From the IMG/VR virus record IMGVR_UViG_3300036828_000389, positions 1 through 64,000 of that record: DNA of 64,000 nucleotides; one strand, 5' to 3'. The notes beneath the pieces were generated by a model. It did no database searches and had not been told where the DNA came from. It saw only the letters and a program-made list of their open reading frames with translations. Source of the stretch: a virus. The position numbers and the translations under genes were made by a program. Shown here piece after piece: positions 1-9,043 of this stretch (its first letter is position 1; every line of letters starts with the position of its first letter).

Positions 1-96
1 GGCGTTCACCCGGCGAGCCTCAGTGAGTAGCTCCACGTAGCGCATCTTCTCCAGCCTGCGCTGATAGCCCACCAGGTCGTGGATGTCGTCACTCAT
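1..96 (-). CDS. hypothetical protein, partial (runs off window)
   Basis: ATG at 96 overlaps the end of the 89-331 gene; MSDDIHDLVGYQRRLEKMRYVELL... Confidence 0.55.
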   Translation of the reverse strand, partial: MSDDIHDLVGYQRRLEKMRYVELLTEARRVNA

Positions 97-331
97 GAGT
101 GTGTTCGACCCAGTCGAAGCCGCCATCCCGGCCGATGATGAATCCGTGGTGGACGGGCTCATCCGATGCCTCATGGACGACGATGCAGCAGTCGCAGTTG
201 GCCCGGTGCCAGGTGGCTTCCTTGCCCTTGAACTTCAGCTTCTCGATGCACTTGCCCACAGCCTCTGCCTGGGCCCAGGGCATGGTCACGTCCCCGTAGG
301 GGGTAGGGATGGTGACCTGTAGCTCACTCAT
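89..331 (-). CDS. hypothetical protein
   Basis: Start moved to MSELQV (GAGG upstream); part of a tightly overlapping minus-strand operon. Confidence 0.7.
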   Translation of the reverse strand: MSELQVTIPTPYGDVTMPWAQAEAVGKCIEKLKFKGKEATWHRANCDCCIVVHEASDEPVHHGFIIGRDGGFDWVEHTHE

Positions 332-818
332 CCTCTGCTCCAATCTGGCGAGCATCCTGCTTGTAGGCGGCGTAGGCGGCGTTCTTACCCTCTGGAGCGG
401 CTTCTGGATCGTAAATGTTCATGACCCACTCTAGGAGCCCACAGACCTCGTCTATTCGGCCCTCGTCGGCGCGGTACTCATGGAGCAGCGAGATGGCCTG
501 CTCCAGGGCAGCCATAGGCCCCTCGACCCAGACCTGACCCTCCACCCAGTACTGACCGTCGTGGGTGTAGGTGTTACCGGAGGTGGTGAAGGACTCTTCG
601 ATGGGCTCGACCTGCCAGTCCTCGACGGCACTCATGGCGTACTCCAGGCCATTCACCACGCCCCGGCGAAACTGGCGCACCTTCTGGGTCAGGGACTCGT
701 CCTGGGCCAGGGCCGCGTCCTGATCCAACTTCTCCTTGAGGTGACCCAGGAAGGCTTCCTTGTCACCCCACAGCTTGCGGTCGAACCCCATGGTGCGGGG
801 TCCCTCAGTCTCACTCAT
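324..818 (-). CDS. hypothetical protein
   Basis: Start moved to MSETEG at 818, overlapping the end of the upstream gene. Confidence 0.75.
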   Translation of the reverse strand: MSETEGPRTMGFDRKLWGDKEAFLGHLKEKLDQDAALAQDESLTQKVRQFRRGVVNGLEYAMSAVEDWQVEPIEESFTTSGNTYTHDGQYWVEGQVWVEGPMAALEQAISLLHEYRADEGRIDEVCGLLEWVMNIYDPEAAPEGKNAAYAAYKQDARQIGAEDE

Positions 819-1647
819 CGCGGGCGTCCATGACGGTCTTGAGTTCGGCGTCGTAGTCGAAGGAGATGCTGATCGCATTGATCTCATCCATGACCTCGCC
901 CCGGCGCTCCCGCAGGGCCAGCCATGCCTCTGCATCCTCCTTGGTCTTGAACACATCGCCCCATTGGACTTGGGTGGACGACACGACCTCGTCCTCCTCC
1001 ACGGCCCAGGGGAAGATGTGAATCTTGACCATGCGGTCCAGTTCCTTGTTGACCTCCAGGATGTCGTTGTGGACGGAGTGGAAGTTGACCCCCTCGTAGG
1101 TGACCATCCCGGCGAAGTCATCGGTATCGCTCCGGTATCTGATCTCGCCCGTCAGGTCGATGCGGTCCACCTCGTAGAAGGAATGCTCCAGGTCATCCAT
1201 CTGGTCGGTCAGGATCCGATGCTGCTCGTAGAGAGCCTGGAGGCGGCCCAGGTCACTCCGGATGCTGTAGAGGCGACTCCGCTCGACGTTGTCCTTCTGA
1301 CCGTTGTCGTAGGTGATCAGCATCTTGCTGGGGTCACCGGCATGGCGGCCACGCACCTGAATGATCTCGGTCCGGAAGATGGCGGGCACCAGGATGGGGT
1401 TCTTCTTGAAGGCCCGGCGGACGGCCTCCTCGCGGCGCTCCTCCTCCTTCTGCTCATGCCAGGCCACCACGTTGATCTTCAGCTGCCCCATGTTGGGAGC
1501 GTGGACCGTGCTGCTCAGGTTGGATGCAGCTGCGCCACGCCCCTCCATGACCCGGGCGGAAAAGTAGCGCCCGTTCCAGGTCACCCGGTGGCGGCCATCG
1601 ACCCAGATGTCACTGTCTTCGGGTATCCCCGTGATGTTGAATTCCAT
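811..1647 (-). CDS. hypothetical protein (278 aa)
   Basis: Long ORF with GAAGGA SD and protein-like composition. Confidence 0.85.
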   Translation of the reverse strand: MEFNITGIPEDSDIWVDGRHRVTWNGRYFSARVMEGRGAAASNLSSTVHAPNMGQLKINVVAWHEQKEEERREEAVRRAFKKNPILVPAIFRTEIIQVRGRHAGDPSKMLITYDNGQKDNVERSRLYSIRSDLGRLQALYEQHRILTDQMDDLEHSFYEVDRIDLTGEIRYRSDTDDFAGMVTYEGVNFHSVHNDILEVNKELDRMVKIHIFPWAVEEDEVVSSTQVQWGDVFKTKEDAEAWLALRERRGEVMDEINAISISFDYDAELKTVMDARDE

Positions 1648-1657
1648 GATTCCTTCT

Positions 1658-2053
1658 CTAGTTGATTACGAATCCCCAGCCATTGGCGGTCCAGTCGGCC
1701 GCATAGCCCAGGAGCTTGTTTGCTGTTTCCTTGGCGCCCTCAGGGTCACCCGACCAGGTACCAGGCATCTCCCAACGCCAGCCACCACCCTTGTGGCTGA
1801 TGTTCAGCACCCAGTTGCGATCCTGGTTGCGGGATGCACTGGGGTTCTTCGGCGGACACAGAAAGATGTGGTACTCGATCTGATCGGTGCCCATGGTCAT
1901 GCCGGTGGGCTGGTGCCCGTGGGTTAGTCGACGGTTGTCGTGGTGATCCTTGTGGCGCAGCACCAGCTTCTGATGGGGCAGGCGCATGGCCTTGCCGGTG
2001 TCATCACCATGCTGGATGGCGAGGTGGGAGACCAGCTTCTGCTTCGGCGTCAT
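1658..2053 (-). CDS. hypothetical His-rich protein
   Basis: LxxHLxxxHG...HxxHH motif; ATGA overlap. Confidence 0.75.
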   Translation of the reverse strand: MTPKQKLVSHLAIQHGDDTGKAMRLPHQKLVLRHKDHHDNRRLTHGHQPTGMTMGTDQIEYHIFLCPPKNPSASRNQDRNWVLNISHKGGGWRWEMPGTWSGDPEGAKETANKLLGYAADWTANGWGFVIN

Positions 2054-2247
2054 CGCTCCGGCACATTCGGGTTGTCGGGCGAGTCCTCGATCCAGCCGTA
2101 GTCGTCGCGCTCGTAGTCGCGCTCATCCTCAGCCTGATCGATGCGGGGATCCTCATCGACGGGCCCCAGTGGCACTAGCTGCGAGCAGCCGTGCTTGTGA
2201 AACTCGATGGTGCCGATCTTCTCGGCGCCGCACTCAGGACAGGTCAT
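2050..2247 (-). CDS. small Zn-ribbon protein
   Basis: CPECG...HxxGC; ATGA overlaps on both sides. Confidence 0.7.
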   Translation of the reverse strand: MTCPECGAEKIGTIEFHKHGCSQLVPLGPVDEDPRIDQAEDERDYERDDYGWIEDSPDNPNVPER

Positions 2248-2429
2248 GACCGGCCTCGCAGGCTGGGCATGGTATGCCCGACGTGGTAACCACCGCAGTA
2301 CTTGCAGAGGTACACCGTGGCCTGGGAGGGCAGCGAGCCGTACATACGTTGCAGGCGCCGGGAGTGGCTCATGGCCTGACCCCGGCTCCTGTAGCGCCGC
2401 TTCTTGCCGCAGCTGCGTACCTTTCCCAT
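2244..2429 (-). CDS. small basic Zn-finger protein
   Basis: CGKKRRY...YLCKYCGGYHVGH. Confidence 0.75.
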   Translation of the reverse strand: MGKVRSCGKKRRYRSRGQAMSHSRRLQRMYGSLPSQATVYLCKYCGGYHVGHTMPSLRGRS

Positions 2430-2433
2430 GCCA

Positions 2434-2754
2434 TCACCTTACACCCTCTGGAGGAGGAGTGCAACTCATCTCCAGAAGTGCCTTGTGTTGCGCCTGAAGT
2501 GCGGGCACCGCATCGAAACGGGTGCGGAAATAGCCCAGGAAGGCTGTCTCGCGGTCGATGGCGTGCCACTTCAGCTGCATCTCAGGCGTGTCTGAGGGGT
2601 GCCAGGGGGCCCGCTGAATGAGCCAGCCCACGAATATGTCGTTGACGTACACCCGCTCCACCCGGCCGTTGCCACAGCGCTCAAACCGCCAGTGGTCACC
2701 AGGGGGGACGCCATCCCAGTGCATGGCGTCCCCGAAGTCGTCGTCCCAGGTCAT
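2434..2754 (-). CDS. hypothetical protein
   Basis: Operon position, ATGA overlap. Confidence 0.7.
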   Translation of the reverse strand: MTWDDDFGDAMHWDGVPPGDHWRFERCGNGRVERVYVNDIFVGWLIQRAPWHPSDTPEMQLKWHAIDRETAFLGYFRTRFDAVPALQAQHKALLEMSCTPPPEGVR

Positions 2755-3104
2755 GACTTCGGCACCTTGACGTAGTCCTCTTTAGAGGCTGGCGCACCGA
2801 AGTAGTTTCGGTAGCACGCCGGACACATGAACATGGGCTCGCCGTTCCACATCATGCCCACCCGGCGAGGGCTGTGGAATGGCGGCGTGCCGCACTGGTC
2901 GTAGTTCCTGTCGTAGCGCAGGGGCGGCGGCTCCCACGCCTTGATCTCAGCCCGGTCAGCGGGCGTGATGTCGTCACGGTAGACCCAGCCCTTGGAGGGC
3001 ACCCAGTAGGGGCACTTGCCGGGATCTGAGCATGCGTGGAACTGTGTTGCCGCCACGCACCCGCAGTTGGGGCATGCGGCGGTCTGTGGGTCGAGATCGG
3101 TCAT
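2751..3104 (-). CDS. Cys-rich hypothetical protein
   Basis: CPNCG, CPAC; ATGA overlaps. Confidence 0.7.
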   Translation of the reverse strand: MTDLDPQTAACPNCGCVAATQFHACSDPGKCPYWVPSKGWVYRDDITPADRAEIKAWEPPPLRYDRNYDQCGTPPFHSPRRVGMMWNGEPMFMCPACYRNYFGAPASKEDYVKVPKS

Positions 3105-3406
3105 TTGCGAAGCCTCCAGACTTCATCGGCGCCCAGCTGCTCCGCGGCCTTCAGCGACTCACAGACCTGGGCGTTGATGAGCCCGGAGCCCAGGCGATCC
3201 ACGCACCACTGGGTCATGTCCCGGGGCACCACCGCGACCCACACTGGGTCATCCTCGTACACCGCGGAAATGGTGCAGAGGTCCGGCAGGTAGCGGGCGA
3301 TCTTCGTGGTCGTGTCGACGCGGGGCGTACCGCTGACCAGGAGGTAGCTCACGCCCCCCTGGTACAGCTGGTCGAACAGTTCCTGTTGGTCTTTGTCGAG
3401 GATCAT
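3101..3406 (-). CDS. hypothetical protein
   Basis: ATGA overlaps on both sides. Confidence 0.75.
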   Translation of the reverse strand: MILDKDQQELFDQLYQGGVSYLLVSGTPRVDTTTKIARYLPDLCTISAVYEDDPVWVAVVPRDMTQWCVDRLGSGLINAQVCESLKAAEQLGADEVWRLRK

Positions 3407-3690
3407 GGCTGCGGCATCCCCAGGGCTTCAGCCCCACTCGATCCGACGGCCCGCAGGGCCACCGCGAGCCTGCTCTGTACGTCTGACAGTTCGCCGTCGC
3501 TGGGCCGGTCCTTGTCCAGGCTGCGATACACAGCCACGTAGGCGGCAGCGAGAGCCTGGCGGACAACCTCTTGGCTCCCATACACCCGCAGCACCTCGAT
3601 GGCCCGGATCAGACCGGCTCGCTCCTGGTGAGGGGTGGGCAGCTGCTGGAGCAGTTCCTCCAGCACCATGATGTTGGCGCTCTTGCTCAT
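3403..3690 (-). CDS. hypothetical protein
   Basis: ATGA overlaps on both sides. Confidence 0.75.
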   Translation of the reverse strand: MSKSANIMVLEELLQQLPTPHQERAGLIRAIEVLRVYGSQEVVRQALAAAYVAVYRSLDKDRPSDGELSDVQSRLAVALRAVGSSGAEALGMPQP

Positions 3691-3989
3691 GCCTGCACCC
3701 CGTTGATCTGCACCTTCCAGCCGAAGCTGGCCCAGCGGGCGGGCGTGGGGGGCTTAAGACCCTTCAGCTTGATGCCGTGGACTGACACCCGGTTGGTGAA
3801 CGTGGCTGCGAGGGTGGTGGCGTTGAGTTCGCTGGCGGGCCAGCACAGGTCGTAGCGCAGCATGTCGATGGGGAATGGCCCCTCACCGAACACATCGAAT
3901 TCGATGGCGTCCTGGGCGGCCTCGATCAGCTTGTCCAGCTGACGCTGGCTCTTGCGGATCATCTTGATGCTCCTGCTTGGAGTGGTCAT
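3687..3989 (-). CDS. conserved phage hypothetical protein
   Basis: GxGxFPIDMLRYDxCWP...PTPARWASFGW motif. Confidence 0.8.
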   Translation of the reverse strand: MTTPSRSIKMIRKSQRQLDKLIEAAQDAIEFDVFGEGPFPIDMLRYDLCWPASELNATTLAATFTNRVSVHGIKLKGLKPPTPARWASFGWKVQINGVQA

Positions 3990-4174
3990 GACGGTGTCCT
4001 CTCTATGTTGAGATCCTCGCCCCAGCCGATCCCGACGGTGACTTCACAATCGAAGGTGTAACGGAACATGCGAACCTCGATGATGCTCGCACCGATGCGA
4101 ACCTCTCGGACGCTGCCATTCCATTCCTGGACGTAGTCCCCGGCACGGAGCTTCTGGGCCTTGATCTTCTGCAT
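3986..4174 (-). CDS. small hypothetical protein (leaderless)
   Basis: ATG 6 nt after TATGAT of the conserved promoter. Confidence 0.7.
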   Translation of the reverse strand: MQKIKAQKLRAGDYVQEWNGSVREVRIGASIIEVRMFRYTFDCEVTVGIGWGEDLNIERTPS

Positions 4175-4220
4175 ACCCCCATCATACACCCGGGCTGAGA
4201 CAATGCAAGTCATTTCTAGA
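4175..4220 (-). promoter_or_regulatory. conserved promoter copy 1
   Basis: TCTAGAAATGAC-TTGCAT-N16-TATGAT-GGGGGT-ATG. Confidence 0.85.
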
Positions 4221-4569
4221 CGAGGACTGCTTCCCTGGCAGCTGTCTTGGCCGCTCTGGGCTTGTACGTCCTGATCAACAGCGAGCGCCGGATCAGTTCA
4301 CCGCGTAGGTTGGGGCGGCTGCCCTGGCCCACGATGGTGTTGTACAGCCGGGGGTAGCGGTAATAGCGCTGGAGGATACGCATGTTCGGCCCGATGTAAT
4401 CGAACCGCTCCGTGGTACACCTGGTGCAACGCAGGCACAGCACGCCCGTGGCGGTCCGGAACAGGTCTGAGTTCACCTCCGCGGTGGGGTTGTCATCCCA
4501 GCTGTGGCCCACGGTCCGGCACAGGACGTAGTCATCGGCCAGTTCCGTGATATCAACGCGCTCAAGCAT
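4216..4569 (-). CDS. Zn-binding conserved phage protein
   Basis: LCRTVGHSW...CLRCTRC...RYYRYP. Confidence 0.8.
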   Translation of the reverse strand: MLERVDITELADDYVLCRTVGHSWDDNPTAEVNSDLFRTATGVLCLRCTRCTTERFDYIGPNMRILQRYYRYPRLYNTIVGQGSRPNLRGELIRRSLLIRTYKPRAAKTAAREAVLV

Positions 4570-4879
4570 CTCTCACCTTTTCTGCTATCCAAATGGCTCC
4601 CTCTTCGTCCACGATGACCTTCATGCCGTCAATCTCCTTGAAGCTGGCGGACTTCGGCCGGGCGGGCTTGGGGATGGGGACTAGCTCCTGGGACGTGACC
4701 CGCTCAGCTGCCTGGATCTCCTTGATGGTCGACGCCTTGCGCTTGTGGTCGTAGCGGGGGTCGCGGCGCTTGATGCCGGTGGCGCCCCCGTAGAGCTTGT
4801 GCGTTTCTCGCATGTGCTGATACAGGTACGGCACGCCCAGTACGCGACCGCATGCTGGGCATGGCTCCTTCGTGGCCAC
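4562..4879 (-). CDS. C2H2-type Zn-finger protein
   Basis: CPACG...LYQHMRETH. Confidence 0.75.
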   Translation of the reverse strand: MATKEPCPACGRVLGVPYLYQHMRETHKLYGGATGIKRRDPRYDHKRKASTIKEIQAAERVTSQELVPIPKPARPKSASFKEIDGMKVIVDEEGAIWIAEKVRDA

Positions 4880-5092
4880 TCACTCACCCCACAGTTCTGG
4901 GTTCTTGGCCCTGCTCAATGCAGTCTCCATCGCCCGCTCAGCCTGGTTGGCGTGGTCGTATGCCTCAGCGATATCGGAGTCCAGTAGAGCCTCCCCGTCG
5001 AGTGCCTCCAGGGCAGCGATCAGGGTGACGGTCTTGCGGTGGATGGCGCCCACTTGGGCGCGGATGGCGACAATCTCAGGTCCGGTCACCAC
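4880..5092 (-). CDS. small helical hypothetical protein
   Basis: Fills the operon gap; amphipathic helices. Confidence 0.65.
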   Translation of the reverse strand: MVTGPEIVAIRAQVGAIHRKTVTLIAALEALDGEALLDSDIAEAYDHANQAERAMETALSRAKNPELWGE

Positions 5093-5424
5093 GCCACCTT
5101 GTCCCCGTCGTACCAGCGCAGCGAGTAGGTGGTCCCACAGCCCTTGCGGACGGCCTCAGCGGTGTCGTGATCGCCCTGGGCCTCGTATTCATCAGCGAGC
5201 CGGTCCTCACCCGAGCAGCGAGCCACATAGCCAGCGGGTGCGTCCCTGCGCCCCAGTTGGTTGGCCTTGCGCTCGATGGTGTAAGCGGAGCAGCCGCAGC
5301 TATCGCACTGCTCGCCCCCCCACTCCTCGCCCACCATGCCCAACAGCTGCTCCATGTCCTCAGCGACCAGCTGAGGGGAGTCCACCTTGCGGACGTGTAC
5401 CCCTATGACCAGGTCTTCACTCAT
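5086..5424 (-). CDS. hypothetical protein with CxxC
   Basis: Start at MSEDLV with GGAG SD, downstream of the leftward promoter. Confidence 0.75.
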   Translation of the reverse strand: MSEDLVIGVHVRKVDSPQLVAEDMEQLLGMVGEEWGGEQCDSCGCSAYTIERKANQLGRRDAPAGYVARCSGEDRLADEYEAQGDHDTAEAVRKGCGTTYSLRWYDGDKVAW

Positions 5425-5463
5425 TACTCTCCAGTTCCTCTCTTGGTTGACGGTTCGCCCCCC

Positions 5464-5537
5464 ACTATACACCCATGACGGGCCTGTGCAAGCCAAATCT
5501 AGAAATGACTTGCGGATGGCGTCGCCGGGTGTATAGT
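5464..5537. promoter_or_regulatory. back-to-back divergent promoters (copies 2 and 3) sharing TCTAGA at 5498-5503
   Basis: Minus: TCTAGATTTGGC-TTGCAC-N16-TATAGT; plus: TCTAGAAATGAC-TTGCGG-N16-TATAGT. Confidence 0.85.
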
Positions 5538-5571
5538 GGGGGCACATCGTCAACGAGTAAGGAGCATGGCA

Positions 5572-6006
5572 ATGGCAGTGAGCTACGAGGCCCAGGTGGA
5601 GCGCCGGGCGGGACAGAACTACATGGTGATCAAGCGCACCGTGACCATCACGCCCAAGAGCGGGCGTGGGCGGGAGTGGAGCAAGCAGGAACGGGAACAC
5701 CAGATCCAGGTGCTGCCCCTGCTGGAGGTCAGCGACCTCATGACTGCGCTCAGCAATGGCTTTCTCTTCGCTGTGCCCGACCCTGCTGGCCACCCGGATG
5801 AGAGCGGCCCTACCGACCTGGGTACTGAGCCCAGCTACCTGCTGCGGGACACGGCGGACAGCGAGCCTATGCCCTTCTGGTCTTACGACGAGGCTATGGC
5901 CCACGTCTTTGAGATGCGCCGCGAGGGCCGTCATACCAAGGGCTGGCGTATCAGCCGCATCGAGGCGGACGGCAGCGAGGACATGCTGAACGTGGTGCAG
6001 GCATGA
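5572..6006 (+). CDS. hypothetical protein
   Basis: AAGGAG SD 7 nt before ATG 5572. Confidence 0.8.
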   Translation: MAVSYEAQVERRAGQNYMVIKRTVTITPKSGRGREWSKQEREHQIQVLPLLEVSDLMTALSNGFLFAVPDPAGHPDESGPTDLGTEPSYLLRDTADSEPMPFWSYDEAMAHVFEMRREGRHTKGWRISRIEADGSEDMLNVVQA

Positions 6007-6284
6007 CCAGGCGCACCAGGCGTGGCACGGGCACCAAGCGTCCGTGGCACGTCTTCGTGCGGGACATCGGACCCACGTTCACCTACGCCACGGAGGAGCG
6101 GGCCCGCGCCAAGGTGGAGGAACTGCGTGGGGAGTACGGGTTCATCGTCCTCACGGGCCCGTGCCCCCGCGCCGTGTATGGCTGGGAGCGCACCAACTTC
6201 GTGTACGGGCGGGAGCCCTACGTCGAGGTGCTGACCGATGGCGAGGGCTGGGTCCAGGTCCGTACAGGTCAGATCCAGAAATGA
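6003..6284 (+). CDS. hypothetical protein
   Basis: ATGA overlap; stop lies inside the next promoter box. Confidence 0.75.
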   Translation: MTRRTRRGTGTKRPWHVFVRDIGPTFTYATEERARAKVEELRGEYGFIVLTGPCPRAVYGWERTNFVYGREPYVEVLTDGEGWVQVRTGQIQK

Positions 6285-6319
6285 CTTGCAACACAGAGCC
6301 AGAGGGGTATGATGGGGGT
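6274..6319 (+). promoter_or_regulatory. conserved promoter copy 4
   Basis: TCCAGAAATGAC-TTGCAA-N16-TATGAT-GGGGGT-ATG. Confidence 0.85.
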
Positions 6320-7219
6320 ATGAGTAAAGACCTGACCACGCAAACCCCTGTCGAGATCGACACCGAACTGGCCCGCATCTGGAGCCTGATCGACCGGGCC
6401 GATGAGGCCATCGCCCACATCAAGCACGACCTGGCCCGCAAGCTGACCTACGGGCTCCGCAAGGGTGAACTGGCCCTGGTCGGGGCGAATCGGGAACTGG
6501 CTGAGGCCAACCTGGCCCGCTACCAGGAGGCTCTGGTTGCCCTCCGGGCCGAAGCTGCCCCCTTCAACGCTGAGTACGACCGCCGGGGTCGCTGGCACCG
6601 GTACTTCCTGGTGGACAACACCAACGGCCATGTCCATCGTGACATGGGCTGCTCAACCTGCTTCCCCACCACCCGCTACAAGTGGCTCATCGAACTGGCT
6701 GACTGCAACGAGGACGCCATGATCGAGGAGTGGGGCGAGATGGCCTGCACCGTTTGCTTCCCCTCCGCTCCCACCAACCCCCTGTACAACCGGCCCAGCC
6801 GTCGTGACCGCGAGGCCCAGGAGGCCCGTGCCGCCGAGAAGGCTGCTCGCCAGGCCGTCAAGGATGCCAAGGGCATCACCGATGTCGACGGCTCGCCCCT
6901 CCGGGGTGAGTACGGGGTCATCAAGACCAAGGTGGCCGCTCGCAACGAACTGTCCAGTGCCTTCAGCAGCCTGGCCTGGTACGGCCTGGATCACCCCCAG
7001 GACTTCGCTGCCAAGATCCGCCACCTCATCCCTGCCCTGGAGGCAGCTGGTGTCGATTGGCGCAAGGCGGCCACCAACGCGATCAAGAGGACCGCCAAGG
7101 AGATCAACCAGCCCAACCCCTATGCCCACCAGCTGACCGCTGAGCAGGTCGCTGAGACCGCCGCCAAGCAGGCTCGCAGCCTGGCCCAGGCCCAGGCTCT
7201 GCTGGCAGAGGTGCTGTGA
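6320..7219 (+). CDS. coiled-coil plus Zn-binding conserved phage protein (leaderless)
   Basis: GHVHxxxxCSTC...ACTVCFPSAP; start set by promoter. Confidence 0.85.
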   Translation: MSKDLTTQTPVEIDTELARIWSLIDRADEAIAHIKHDLARKLTYGLRKGELALVGANRELAEANLARYQEALVALRAEAAPFNAEYDRRGRWHRYFLVDNTNGHVHRDMGCSTCFPTTRYKWLIELADCNEDAMIEEWGEMACTVCFPSAPTNPLYNRPSRRDREAQEARAAEKAARQAVKDAKGITDVDGSPLRGEYGVIKTKVAARNELSSAFSSLAWYGLDHPQDFAAKIRHLIPALEAAGVDWRKAATNAIKRTAKEINQPNPYAHQLTAEQVAETAAKQARSLAQAQALLAEVL

Positions 7220-7491
7220 TGACCGGGCCCCGCCATTGCGGCATCCATGGTGACGACACCACCAGTGGACGCTGTGCGTCCTGTGACGCCGCTGAGGCGC
7301 ACAACCACATCTTCCGCACCTTTCTCGGTCTGCCCCCCACCAAGGGGGACAGGCCGGTCTGTGGCGCCCTCCTGCCCGACAGCTGGGACTTCCCAGGTCA
7401 TGAGCGCCCAGCATGCCCCCACTGCATGACCTGGGCCACCTCACAACTCTCGTCTGGAAATGACTTGCAAGTCACTGAGCCAGGGGTATGA
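7219..7491 (+). CDS. small Cys-rich hypothetical protein
   Basis: TGATG overlap; CGIH, CASC, CPHC; 3' end runs into the next promoter. Confidence 0.55.
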   Translation: MTGPRHCGIHGDDTTSGRCASCDAAEAHNHIFRTFLGLPPTKGDRPVCGALLPDSWDFPGHERPACPHCMTWATSQLSSGNDLQVTEPGV

Positions 7492-7498
7492 TGGGGGT
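7453..7498 (+). promoter_or_regulatory. conserved promoter copy 5
   Basis: TCTGGAAATGAC-TTGCAA-N16-TATGAT-GGGGGT-ATG. Confidence 0.85.
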
Positions 7499-8497
7499 AT
7501 GGACTTGAGCAAGGAGATCGAGATGACGCCCGAGCAGGAGTACGAACTGGTGTACCAGGGCATCGTGGCCGTGGCCGCCCACTGTGACGGGGCCCAGAGC
7601 CTCGACTACATGGGCTTCGATGGCCAGGACACGCACTACGGGCGCCGGGTGGCCGCGGCCACCTTCGATGCCTGGACCCCTGACGTTCGCCAGGAGTGCG
7701 CCCGCATCGCCAACAAGTATCAAAAGCAGATCCTGCGCTGGACCGGCATCGACGTGACCACTCTCCAGGTGGTCAGGGATGCCCTGGGCAAAGACACCAA
7801 CCGCGCCGCCCGCGACATGGCTCGCACCTACGAGCGCCGGGCCCAGGGCGCCTCCGAGATGTCCAAGCGTCGCGTCCAGGTCGAGAACGGCAAGCTGACC
7901 GTGTCCTGGGCCAGCCGGGGCCCGGGGAGCAAGGGTGATCCTGATTTCTTCGCCCTGGTGGATCTGGTCAAGAAGCTGCCGGGCCGGTTCTGGAATGGCC
8001 ACAGCAACGAGGTCAGTGTCTCAGCTGAGCTTGAGGTCTTCATCAACGAGTGGGACTTCACCGTGAGCCCGGAGGCTGAGGCCATCCTGAGCCAGCCCGT
8101 GGCGCCTCACTTCGACGTGGATGTCCACCCGAACGGTGAGCAGATCGTGATCGACACTCAGCTGACCGCATACGAGCCCGGCCTGAGCATGGTCAAGGCT
8201 CTGCCTGGTCGAGCCTTCAATCCGGCCAACCGCACCAACCACGCGGCCATCAATCCCGCCGTGATCCCCTTCGCCCAGCGTCTGGGGCTCTCCATCAGCC
8301 CTGAGGCTCTCCAGGCGTGTCAGAACGCGGAGGCAGCCCTCCGGGCCACGGAGACTCGCAAGCTGGCTGAGGGTGACATCAAGACCGTTATGGCTCATGT
8401 GAGCCGGGCCGAAGGGCCCCAGGATCTACCGCCAGCATTCATCGAGATGCTCCGTCCGGTGCTGGCCCGCTACGGAGCAGAAGGAGCAATCCAATGA
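7499..8497 (+). CDS. protein with CDGA-type N-terminal domain and two HARP-like repeats
   Basis: HCDGAQSLDYMGFDGQD...KYQKQI; LVKKLPGRFWN and MVKALPGRAFN. Confidence 0.7.
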   Translation: MDLSKEIEMTPEQEYELVYQGIVAVAAHCDGAQSLDYMGFDGQDTHYGRRVAAATFDAWTPDVRQECARIANKYQKQILRWTGIDVTTLQVVRDALGKDTNRAARDMARTYERRAQGASEMSKRRVQVENGKLTVSWASRGPGSKGDPDFFALVDLVKKLPGRFWNGHSNEVSVSAELEVFINEWDFTVSPEAEAILSQPVAPHFDVDVHPNGEQIVIDTQLTAYEPGLSMVKALPGRAFNPANRTNHAAINPAVIPFAQRLGLSISPEALQACQNAEAALRATETRKLAEGDIKTVMAHVSRAEGPQDLPPAFIEMLRPVLARYGAEGAIQ

Positions 8498-8985
8498 TTG
8501 GGAAGGTGTATTGGCAGCCTGGTGGAGTAACACCACACAACACCATGGCTGATGGCCCCTGTGGCATGTGCTACGCCCGGGGCTTCATCTACGAAGAGGA
8601 CGCCTGGGGCCGCCCCCTGGGCCAGATGCCATGCCCGTACTGCCACGGCACCAGGGACAACTCCTGGGAGAAGGAGCAAGCCTGGCAGGAGCAGCAGAAG
8701 CGGGACAAGAACAAGGGCATCCGCGTTGGTGTCCTGGTGGGTGCCGTCTGCTTGTCCGTGATGGGCTGGCAGCATGACTGGAATGGCTGGGGTGCCGTGG
8801 TCTGGTTCCTTGGCCTGGTTGTCGCCTACTGCGCCCTCCGCTACCACATGGCCCGGTCGCGCTCCGAACAGCCGCCGGATCCCTTCATGACTGAGAACGA
8901 GGCCAAGAAGGTGCAGCAGGCCCACATGGCCGCCAACCTGGGCGTGCTGCTGTCCATCATCCTGCACCAGCACCGACGCCGGTAG
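8494..8985 (+). CDS. membrane protein with DnaJ-like Zn ribbon
   Basis: CGMCYARG / CPYCHGT and two hydrophobic segments. Confidence 0.75.
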   Translation: MIGKVYWQPGGVTPHNTMADGPCGMCYARGFIYEEDAWGRPLGQMPCPYCHGTRDNSWEKEQAWQEQQKRDKNKGIRVGVLVGAVCLSVMGWQHDWNGWGAVVWFLGLVVAYCALRYHMARSRSEQPPDPFMTENEAKKVQQAHMAANLGVLLSIILHQHRRR

Positions 8986-8995
8986 ACAAGGCTCG

Positions 8996-9043
8996 TCTGG
9001 AAATGACTTGCATGTCTACACCCATGGGGGTACTGTGATGGTG
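8996..9043 (+). promoter_or_regulatory. conserved promoter copy 6
   Basis: TCTGGAAATGAC-TTGCAT-N17-TACTGT-N7-ATG. Confidence 0.8.

Noticed and set aside
6044-6319. Upstream extensions given by the ORF track (6044, 7460, 9008, 10784, 4213)
   Set aside because: They run through or begin inside the conserved promoter boxes; leaderless ATGs after the -10 fit better.
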